Below, piece after piece: positions 7,411 through 14,547 of a DNA stretch of 24,000 nucleotides; position 1 is the stretch's first letter, and each line of letters begins with the position of its first letter. This DNA is from Candidatus Bathyarchaeia archaeon (GTDB lineage: Archaea; Asgardarchaeota; Heimdallarchaeia; JABLTI01). The position numbers were made by a program, and so were the translations under genes. The stretch lies in contig DATKZI010000022.1 of NCBI GenBank assembly GCA_035528035.1, forward strand, positions 3,638 through 27,637. The letters run 5' to 3'. The notes below the pieces were generated by a model that saw only the letters and a list, made by a program, of their open reading frames with translations, did not search any database and was not told the DNA's origin.

Positions 7411-8796
7411 TTATTTTTCTTCTCCATTGAGATTATTTTTAGAACCTTCAGGTATCTTTTTTCTTTTGCGAGCTAATGATAATCCTATGGTACCAAATAT
7501 TATATTGAATAATATGATTCCTGCACCAATATAGGTTATTATTTCTAAAGAAACCGCTTGAGAAATTAGAAGCGAACCTAAGGATCCACCAATTCCGAAT
7601 GAGATAATCCCAGCTATTTGGAATATTCCAAGAATCGTTTCCTTATTTAGTTCGTGATTATGGTTGTGAGTATGAATTCCAATCTCCATTCCTCTTCCAC
7701 GTATATAATTGAAATTTATATGTTTATGATTATGCTCTATAATAGTAATTTTCTCATCAATTTTCAAGCGACTTTCAATTGTTAATACTTCACAATTTCG
7801 AGCAGGTTCCATAAGTGCTTCAGCAACACCAACAATGATAAAAGCTCCTCCTAAAACATATATCCCTGGAGCAAGAGGGTACAAAATAACTCCTACCCCT
7901 TTTATTATTATACTTAGAATAATTGGTATCCAGTTACCTAATTTATCAGCTAATTTTCCTGTAAAGATTTGTGAAATTCCCCAAATAGCATCACCAAGGA
8001 AGAAAATAACACCAGTCGCTGCTTCAGTGAAGCCGTGATTTGTAAACATAACTATTAAATTTGGTGTGTATAAACCATGTGATAAATCATATAGACTGTA
8101 AAGTATAAGCAAAAAAACAAATGAAGGGATAAGAAACAGCTTCTTCAAATCTTTAAAATGAAAATGACTTAATGACATTTTATCCTTTTGTTCAAGTATT
8201 CTTCTTGTTTTAATTGATTGGTATAGACTAATGAGAATTGGAATAAATGAAACAATTATTGCAAATAAAAAACTCATTTGTAATGCTGTGAATTTTCCTG
8301 AAAAATTCCATACTTCGAACAAGTAGGTCTTCATTAAACCACCAATCCCTTGTCCTAAAGCTGTTCCTAAAAAAATTGCTCCTAATAAAGTTCCAATTCC
8401 TTCAGATATACATTCTTTTGCTTCTGTTGAGCAGAGAGTTAAAACAGCAATTGTTATAATTCCATATCCTAGTCCTTCAAAGAATTTCGAGAAAAACATT
8501 ATCGGATACCAGGGAATGACAGGTAATGCTATAGCAAATACCCATGAACTAACACCTATAAGGAATTCGAATCCCGTTTTATTTAGAAGTTTTGAAAGAA
8601 CAAAAATTCCCAGAAGTTGACCAATGGAAAAAGCTGCTGTTGCAAGAGAAACCAATGCTTCATTTCCACCTAATTCAAGAAACCGGAGAGGATATAAAAA
8701 TTGACCAATACCTAATCCAATGGAAGAAAAAAGGATAGCAAGGTAAGAAATTGCTATTTGTTTATTCCGGAATAAAAGTATATTTGGTTTCTTCAT
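7411..8796 (-). CDS. MFS-type transporter with a His-rich inserted loop
   Basis: 461 aa, about 12 predicted TM helices, and Gly-rich MFS-like helices. It has an insertion ...IEHNHKHINFNYIRGRGMEIGIHTHNHNHEL... Its stop lies 2 nt from the 3' end of tRNA-Leu(GAG). Confidence 0.8.
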   Translation of the reverse strand: MKKPNILLFRNKQIAISYLAILFSSIGLGIGQFLYPLRFLELGGNEALVSLATAAFSIGQLLGIFVLSKLLNKTGFEFLIGVSSWVFAIALPVIPWYPIMFFSKFFEGLGYGIITIAVLTLCSTEAKECISEGIGTLLGAIFLGTALGQGIGGLMKTYLFEVWNFSGKFTALQMSFLFAIIVSFIPILISLYQSIKTRRILEQKDKMSLSHFHFKDLKKLFLIPSFVFLLILYSLYDLSHGLYTPNLIVMFTNHGFTEAATGVIFFLGDAIWGISQIFTGKLADKLGNWIPIILSIIIKGVGVILYPLAPGIYVLGGAFIIVGVAEALMEPARNCEVLTIESRLKIDEKITIIEHNHKHINFNYIRGRGMEIGIHTHNHNHELNKETILGIFQIAGIISFGIGGSLGSLLISQAVSLEIITYIGAGIILFNIIFGTIGLSLARKRKKIPEGSKNNLNGEEK

Positions 8797-8962
8797 AGTG
8801 ATTCATACAATTAAGTGATATAATAAGACTATTACTTTAAATTTAAATAAATTAACTTTAAGTTTAGCGATTCTTTTTTTCACTTTCTTTCATAAATGGT
8901 TCTTTTTAAAAGAGAATGTTAATCCTATACAATTTATCTTTGTTAAAAAGAGGATTTTATTT

Positions 8963-8986
8963 GTTCAAATCGTGCCTCCCGCACCA
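8963..8986 (+). pseudogene. tRNA 3'-end fragment (T-loop, 3' T-stem strand, 3' acceptor strand and CCA only)
   Basis: GTTCAAATCGTGCCTCCCGCACCA. Over its last 23 nt (from TTCAAAT) it differs at 3 positions from the 3' end of tRNA-Leu(GAG) (TTCAAATCGCGTCACCCGCACCA). It also differs at 3 of 23 from tRNA-Leu(UAA). The upstream sequence (ATTTG) cannot form the 5' T-stem strand, so this is not a functional tRNA. Confidence 0.6.
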
Positions 8987-9052
8987 ATTTTAATCATTCT
9001 TTTTTTCTAAAAAAATCCAAAAAAAAGAAAATAATATTTTAGGAATATTTTT

Positions 9053-9406
9053 TCAATCAAAAGTTGTTAATGATAAAGTGATAAGAAACGTTACACTAAC
9101 AATTATTATAATTAGATTGAAAATAAATCCCAAAATATTAAAGACATTTTTTCCATATTTAAAAGCAATACAATTTAAAATTAAACCACTTAAACTAATA
9201 GCTAAAAAAATGGAAGATATTGTATACATTATCCATGGATCAGGTTGTACGAAAATGACTATCACTATAAATATTGTTAGTAGCAGTAAAACGGTAATTC
9301 CAATTATAAAAGAACTGCGAACTAATTTTGAGTTATCAGTAAATTTTATTTTTCCAGTATTAACCTTTTCTTTTTTTATCTCTGTAACATTATTCAACAT
9401 TTTCAC
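9053..9406 (-). CDS. Small integral membrane protein (about 3 TM helices), unknown function
   Basis: Hydrophobic helices (FIIGITVLLLLTIFIVIVIF, ISSIFLAISLSGLILNCIAF, ILGFIFNLIIIIVSVTFLITL). AGGAAGTGA lies 2 nt upstream of the ATG, and a TATA-like TTCTATATAAAT lies further upstream. The overlapping plus-strand ORF 9078-9413 is judged to be a shadow ORF. Confidence 0.5.
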   Translation of the reverse strand: MKMLNNVTEIKKEKVNTGKIKFTDNSKLVRSSFIIGITVLLLLTIFIVIVIFVQPDPWIMYTISSIFLAISLSGLILNCIAFKYGKNVFNILGFIFNLIIIIVSVTFLITLSLTTFD

Positions 9407-9662
9407 TTCCTAAATTTTAATATCCCCAATTTATATAGAAATAATAATTAGAATTCCAAGTTGATTGTAGATTCATTATTGTGTTGTATATTTTATATTT
9501 TTCTATTGTAAATTACTTTTGCTTCATGTCCAATTTCTGTTACTGTTTTTTCCCAGGTGATTTCTGCTGCACGAGTGAATAAGCAAGCTGTCACACTTTC
9601 AGAAACAACATCAATTACACTCAAAATTATATCGAAACGTACATTTACATTTATTTTAAACA

Positions 9663-9708
9663 AGAAAAGATTAAAAAAAAGAAAAAAAGCAAGGAAATTA
9701 TTTCCTTG
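9663..9708 (-). terminator. Hairpin plus U-tract terminator of the rpl3-rpl2 operon
   Basis: On the minus strand, CAAGGAAA-TAA-TTTCCTTG (9690-9708; the loop is the rpl2 stop codon) is followed directly by CTTTTTTTCTTTTTTTTAATCTTTTCTTG. Confidence 0.55.
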
Positions 9709-10426
9709 TTCTACTTCGGCTACGACCTGATTGTCGAGCAGCAATTAGTCCAACTTTAGCACCGGGAGGAGCATTTCTTGAGACAGTTTTAGTTCCACTG
9801 CCACCACCATGAGGATGGCTTGCAGCGTTCATATGATTACCACTTACTCGAGGATACTTATGTCCTTTCGCTTTATAGTGAAATCGTTTTTGGCCTGCTT
9901 TTAAGAATGGTTTTTCAATTCTTCCTCCACCTGCGACAACACCAACGGTTGCACGAGATCGAGGATTGAATTGTTTAAGTTCACCACTGGGTAATTGGCA
10001 AAAAACTTTCTTTTTGCTGTGGTTTACCACTGTAGCAAATGAACCAGATGAGCGAACCATTGCTCCACCATCACCGGGTCTTAATTCAATATTATGTATA
10101 TAAGTCCCGTCTGGTATATTCTTCAAAGGTTTAATTGTTCCAATTTGAATTGGTGCATTTGTTCCTTTGTAGATTGCTTTTCCTACTTGAATTCCTTCTG
10201 GAGCTAGCAATAAATGCTTGGTGCCATCTTGCTCTTTTATCACCATTACTGGTGCGCCTCTACCAGGATCATGTAACAATTCAATGATTTCATACTCAAG
10301 TATTTCCTTTGTATAGTCATTTTCCGCTAACTGAGGATATTTTACTGGTCCCTTTCGTTTGTGTGTGCTGGCTCTAAATTGTGAACCACCACGACCACGT
10401 CTTTGAACTAGAATACGTTTTCCCAT
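9698..10426 (-). CDS. rpl2: 50S ribosomal protein uL2
   Basis: MGKRILVQRRGRGGSQFRA...HPHGGG... is an unmistakable archaeal L2. GGTGG SD upstream. Confidence 0.97.
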   Translation of the reverse strand: MGKRILVQRRGRGGSQFRASTHKRKGPVKYPQLAENDYTKEILEYEIIELLHDPGRGAPVMVIKEQDGTKHLLLAPEGIQVGKAIYKGTNAPIQIGTIKPLKNIPDGTYIHNIELRPGDGGAMVRSSGSFATVVNHSKKKVFCQLPSGELKQFNPRSRATVGVVAGGGRIEKPFLKAGQKRFHYKAKGHKYPRVSGNHMNAASHPHGGGSGTKTVSRNAPPGAKVGLIAARQSGRSRSRTRK

Positions 10427-10437
10427 TGTTTTCCACC

Positions 10438-10710
10438 TTACATTAATCCTAGTGCAGTTGCAAGATCGACTGCATTATTTGTTGGGTGCAATTTGACAAT
10501 TGCTTTCTTCTTGCCTAAGGGAGTGATTGTTGTATTAATCTTCACAACCTTCACATTGTAGAGCTTCTCTATAGCTCGTTTTATTGTTGGTTTATTTGCT
10601 GTTCGTTTGACAATAAAAGCAAGCTTATTTTCTCTTTCAATTAATTCGAATATCCGTTCACTACTAAAGGGTGAAAGGATAATAGTATATAGATTTTCGT
10701 CAGTACTCAT
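10438..10710 (-). CDS. rpl23: 50S ribosomal protein uL23
   Basis: 90 aa, ...NKLAFIVKRTANKPTIKRAIEKLYNVKVVKINT.... AGGAG SD. Correct position between L4 and L2. Confidence 0.93.
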   Translation of the reverse strand: MSTDENLYTIILSPFSSERIFELIERENKLAFIVKRTANKPTIKRAIEKLYNVKVVKINTTITPLGKKKAIVKLHPTNNAVDLATALGLM

Positions 10711-10723
10711 TTCTTTTCAACTC

Positions 10724-11569
10724 CTATTTAGTAGCTGTAGGCCTTTTAGCACTGGCTGCTGTTACTACTGCAGGTGTTTTAACTTTGGTGGGATATTTTT
10801 TATCGATCTCTTCGATTGTTCTTTCCATCCAAATGGTTAAACGCCCGGCATGAGTACCAGGTGCGAGCATTTCAGCATTTAAATAATTGACATGAACGAC
10901 ATCAACACCAGGAAGGTTTTTCACTGCATTGCAAAAATTGGACGATCTGTCAACAATAAATAATGGTCCAACAGGGTTGCGATATTTACGACCACGACCT
11001 TTTCCTTGGCCTGCTCGAACTTTTCGTCCTTCTTTTGATCTATTGATGTCATTAATTAATCCAATTTTCGTAAGAAGTTCAACAGCATCTTTTGTTTTCA
11101 CTATCTTATCATGGATTTCATCTTCAAACACTAGGGGAAGTATTTCGAAATTTTCAGCTTGGTGACCTCTTTTAACAACAAGTTCTTTATTTGCTGTTGA
11201 AGCAATTGCACTTCTAATAGCTAATATTCGTTCCTTCTTGTTAATTCGTTCTATAATGATTTTTTCCGTCTTTGGTGGATGAGCAACACGACCACCAACA
11301 GTATAGTTAACTAGGGCACCTTTTTGACTTGAATGTGTGCGTTTCCCATGAGTTCTTGGCGTTCTGGCAGCACCTCTACCTGTACCCCAACTTGAAGAAA
11401 CAGTCCAACCAGCATGGTATTTTGTACCTTTTGGATGTCGTTTGGTACTTTGAACAGCTAATACTGCTCGTTTAATAAGGTCAGGTCGATATTCTGTATC
11501 AAAAACTCCTGGAAGATCTACTCGCGTCTTTTTAGCTAAACCAATAGCACCATAAATTTTTGCTTTCAT
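10724..11569 (-). CDS. rpl4: 50S ribosomal protein uL4
   Basis: 281 aa, ...GRGAARTPR...GGRVAHPPK... are archaeal L4 motifs. GGAGG SD. It has a Lys/Ala/Thr-rich C-terminal tail. Confidence 0.95.
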   Translation of the reverse strand: MKAKIYGAIGLAKKTRVDLPGVFDTEYRPDLIKRAVLAVQSTKRHPKGTKYHAGWTVSSSWGTGRGAARTPRTHGKRTHSSQKGALVNYTVGGRVAHPPKTEKIIIERINKKERILAIRSAIASTANKELVVKRGHQAENFEILPLVFEDEIHDKIVKTKDAVELLTKIGLINDINRSKEGRKVRAGQGKGRGRKYRNPVGPLFIVDRSSNFCNAVKNLPGVDVVHVNYLNAEMLAPGTHAGRLTIWMERTIEEIDKKYPTKVKTPAVVTAASAKRPTATK

Positions 11570-11583
11570 TACTCTTTGTCCTC

Positions 11584-12579
11584 CTACATCTTACTGCTCA
11601 ATGAAATTTCTAAAATTTCAGGGGCAGCTCCTTTCGCTCTATTTCTTATTGGATTCCTCATGGTAATGAGTCGTTTAGCTGGACCTTGTACACTACCTTT
11701 CATCAAAACAAAGTCATTGCGTACTATCCCGTACTTCTTAAAGCCACCTGCAGGAGTGATTTTTTCCTCTTTGGTACCAACTTTAAGAATTAATTTATTA
11801 TATTCTGTACGTTGATGGTAACCCATTTGACCTTGATGTGCTACTGTATACATGGTTCTTGCTGGACGCCATGGACCTAATGCACCTGGTTTACGTTTAA
11901 CACCTCGAGTCTTATGCTGAAGTATTCGAATACCAAACCGCTTTACAGGTCCTTGAATTCCTTTACCTTTAGTCACACCAATAGTGTCCACAAATTCACC
12001 TGGTTCAAAAACGGCATCAACTGTAACCGTTTTTCCCAGCAGGGATTTTGCATATTCAAACCCCTCGTTAATATCTTTAAAACCAATCTTTATCTCAAGG
12101 ATATCAGGTTTTTTTCGAGGAAGTTTTGCATCTGAAGGATTCGTTATGGTTATTGCTCTCAATTCATAAATTGACCCAAGACGCTCTTGTAGGGTTTTTA
12201 GGCGTGTTTTGGCATCATAATTTTTAGGGATAAGCATTTTCCTATCAAGATCTTGTGGAAGATCCTTAATCATTGCTTCTGCAGCAATTTTGAGACCTTT
12301 AGGAGTATAGTGATATCCTCTAATGCCAATCACTTTGAGAGGGGGGCATTCTATGATAGTTACAGGAACAATCCGTTCTTGATTGAACATAGGACTATTC
12401 TTGCGATTTTCTATGACAGTTATATGCGTCATGCCGGCTTTGAAACCTGCGAATCCTAATAGCTTTGGTTCTGCATTCCAGGATGGCCAGGAACGAATTT
12501 TTCCTTTTTGAGTTTTTACACGAACTCGTCGGAAGGAAAGGGAACCTTGGTGTGGGGCATTTCTTTTTCTATGTCCCAT
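11584..12579 (-). CDS. rpl3: 50S ribosomal protein uL3
   Basis: MGHRKRNAPHQGSLSFRRVR...FKAGMTHI...GKGIQGPVKRFG... is archaeal L3. GGAG lies 8 nt upstream of the ATG. Confidence 0.97.
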   Translation of the reverse strand: MGHRKRNAPHQGSLSFRRVRVKTQKGKIRSWPSWNAEPKLLGFAGFKAGMTHITVIENRKNSPMFNQERIVPVTIIECPPLKVIGIRGYHYTPKGLKIAAEAMIKDLPQDLDRKMLIPKNYDAKTRLKTLQERLGSIYELRAITITNPSDAKLPRKKPDILEIKIGFKDINEGFEYAKSLLGKTVTVDAVFEPGEFVDTIGVTKGKGIQGPVKRFGIRILQHKTRGVKRKPGALGPWRPARTMYTVAHQGQMGYHQRTEYNKLILKVGTKEEKITPAGGFKKYGIVRNDFVLMKGSVQGPAKRLITMRNPIRNRAKGAAPEILEISLSSKM

Positions 12580-12897
12580 TTTGTAATCTCCGTTAGATTA
12601 TTTTTTTCAAAGCCATCATTCCTTGCTACTTCAGAGCAAAAGAATGATTTACCTAGTATTGGAGGGATAGTAATCTCACTTCCAATTGCTAGTGACGTGG
12701 AAACGAATTCTTCTATTATTTTAATTTTGTTATTGCTAGCGACTATTTATAACGATAAAGATGATAAAATAGTCAAAAATTGGTATTTCCATTGAAAATA
12801 GACCATTTACCAAGAATGTTCATTAAAATTCAATGCAAAATTTTTTAAAAGCAAAAGAAGGGAGAGAAGAACACGTAAAAAACGGAAGAAAAAAAAT

Positions 12898-13212
12898 ATG
12901 TCAGCTCAAAGAGCACGAATAAGACTCAGTGGACAAAACACAGATTCCTTAGCAAAAATTTGTGTGCAAATTAGCAAAATCGCTGAAAGAACAGGCGTAA
13001 GAATGTCAGGACCAATCCCTCTTCCAACAAAAGTTCTTACCGTTCCAGTAAGAAAATCTCCTTGCGGAAACGGCACCCAAACTTTCGAACACTATGAAAT
13101 GAGGATTCATAAAAGACTCATTGATATAGATGCCGAAGAGAGAACTCTTAAGCAAATCATGAGAGTAAAAATGCCTGAGGACATTCATGTAGAAATTGAA
13201 CTTTCACGATAG
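12898..13212 (+). CDS. rps10: 30S ribosomal protein uS10
   Basis: 104 aa, [20 protein letters not shown]...GPIPLPTK...[15 protein letters not shown] is the archaeal S10 pattern. Confidence 0.95.
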   Translation: MSAQRARIRLSGQNTDSLAKICVQISKIAERTGVRMSGPIPLPTKVLTVPVRKSPCGNGTQTFEHYEMRIHKRLIDIDAEERTLKQIMRVKMPEDIHVEIELSR

Positions 13213-13366
13213 CTTGTCTATTGTAGTTTTCATTTCATATCTCCCTAAAATAAAAACAAGTGGAACAAAGTTTGGAAAACTTCTGCTTGTAACACTTCTC
13301 CTTTTCTAGTTGACAATAGGGATAAAGTTTCATATTAAAAACAAACAAATTTTTCATTAGATAAAA

Positions 13367-13472
13367 TGGTGCTGGAGAGGGGATTCGAACCCCCGAGTGC
13401 GGAAACACAGTGGTTCCCTCGTTCCTACGAGAATTTCGAGACCACCGCCATACCAGGCTAGGCTACTCCAGC
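13367..13472 (-). tRNA. tRNA-Ser (anticodon CGA) with a 19-nt intron at 37/38 (13416-13434), CCA encoded
   Basis: Hand-folded on the minus strand: GCTGGAG/CTCCAGC acceptor, anticodon stem GTGGT/ACCAC, 15-nt variable arm, T arm GGGGG-TTCGAAT-CCCCT. The BHB is CTCG|AAA|TTC-TCGTAG-GAA|CGAG|GGA, i.e. two 3-nt bulges separated by the 4-bp helix CTCG/CGAG. Confidence 0.85.
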
Positions 13473-13704
13473 AAAATTTCTTTGGGATGTAATCATTGAA
13501 TAGTACCTTTAATTAGATTAAATTAAAACTATTTCATCACTTTTTACTTATAACAATAATTTTTATTGATTAACAAATAAATTTATGCTATTCTATTTTA
13601 AAAAATGTTATTTAGAAAAAAAAGCCCTCTAAAATCATAATGAAACACAAAACTTTAAAACAAAAGAGTACAGAAAAAGTAAATGCCAATGACCAATCAT
13701 TGAT

Positions 13705-13841
13705 GCGGAGGTAGCCCAGCCAGGTCAAAGGCGGAGGACTTAAGATCTCTGATCTTGTCGGTCAGAAACTCTCTAGGGCCAGTATAATAGGAAATCCTCT
13801 CCCGCAGGGGTTCGTGTGTTCAAATCGCGCCCTCCGCACCA
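13705..13841 (+). tRNA. tRNA-Leu (anticodon UAA) with a 49-nt intron at 37/38 (13745-13793), CCA encoded
   Basis: GCGGAGG/CCTCCGC acceptor, anticodon stem GAGGA/TCCTC with loop CTTAAG^A, variable arm TCCCGCAGGGGTTC, T arm GTGTG-TTCAAAT-CGCGC. A 4-bp CTTA/TAGG helix (one G-U) flanked by bulges AGA and AAA can be drawn. The inner helix is weak. Confidence 0.85.
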
Positions 13842-13878
13842 AATTTTTTATCAAATTTATTAGCTTGAAAAGGAAATT

Positions 13879-14085
13879 TTATTCTTTTAACATCCACCGA
13901 TATTTTTTATCTTCGCCCATAAAAAGCATGAAACCACATTCAGAACACTCTAAAATAATTACTTGATAATTTTTTTCTTTCTCAAAAAAAGTTTTTAGCT
14001 CACTTTTCTTTCCACATGCTTGGCATTTCTCTCCCCAGATTTTCTTAGCATTTTTTTCCAATTCTTGCTCTTTTTGTGATATCAC
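13879..14085 (-). CDS. Small zinc-ribbon protein
   Basis: 68 aa with CQACG...(25 aa)...CSECG, i.e. two CxxC knuckles, and no other recognisable domain. Confidence 0.55.
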   Translation of the reverse strand: MISQKEQELEKNAKKIWGEKCQACGKKSELKTFFEKEKNYQVIILECSECGFMLFMGEDKKYRWMLKE

Positions 14086-14232
14086 TACTTACTCATCCTA
14101 ATCTTGTATTTGCTTATTGATAGATATTTTTGTCTTAAAAAGCTTAATTTTCTGCTTTTTTTTCTTATTTTTTTTCTTTTAATAGTCTAATCAAAGTATC
14201 CCTTTGATAATTATATAATGGAGACTCAATAA

Positions 14233-14373
14233 ATGAAAAAACTATCCCCTAAAATCGTGACCTTGGCTATAATGATACTATCCTTCGTTGCCGCAGGCAG
14301 CATCGGAATTAGACATGCAATCGCCCCACCCGGTGGAGGCGTTGGAGAAGAGTTAACTCCTACAGGTGGATGA
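14233..14373 (+). CDS. 46-codon ORF: putative small membrane or secreted peptide
   Basis: Below the ORF-track size cutoff. ATG is preceded by GGAG 9 nt upstream and by TATA-like ATTATATAA. Product: MKKLSPKIVTLAIMILSFVAAGSIGIRHAIAPPGGGVGEELTPTGG (basic N-terminus, hydrophobic helix, Gly/Pro tail). It is clearly more GC-rich than the flanking spacer. Confidence 0.4.
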   Translation: MKKLSPKIVTLAIMILSFVAAGSIGIRHAIAPPGGGVGEELTPTGG

Positions 14374-14547
14374 ATTAGTCCCCTTACCCTTCTTCTTTTC
14401 TATATTTTTTCTTTTCAATTTCTAATAATTTAACTTTACCTTACATTGAAATGGTATATTTTAGGAAAATTTTATCTAATACAAAAATTATTGTAAGCTA
14501 ATTTTCTAATAAAAAAAGATTAGATCATTTATTTGTAGGTGTATAAA

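Noticed and set aside
8963-8986. Split-tRNA 3' half (trans-spliced tRNA as in Nanoarchaeum or Caldivirga)
   Set aside because: A functional 3' half would start at position 38 and would include the anticodon-stem 3' strand, the variable region and the 5' T-stem strand. Here the sequence upstream of the T-loop (..GGATTTTATTTG) cannot pair with CGTGC, and there is no complementary leader. It is a truncated remnant.
9493-9744. 83-aa ORF overlapping the 3' end of rpl2
   Set aside because: Its start lies inside rpl2, and it reads straight through the hairpin plus U-tract terminator. The N-terminal half is translated poly-A/T. Only the distal GC-richer part remains unexplained, and that is reported separately at low interest.
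12690-12715. ORB-like TGGAAACGAA in the rpl3/rps10 spacer
   Set aside because: The TTCCA and TGGAAAC halves are 14 nt apart, there is no G-string, and it is a single copy. I judge it a chance resemblance.
13745-13793. C/D box sRNA embedded in the 49-nt tRNA-Leu(UAA) intron (as in some archaeal tRNA-Trp introns)
   Set aside because: CTGA-like D boxes occur, but there is no RUGAUGA C box and no properly spaced guide region.
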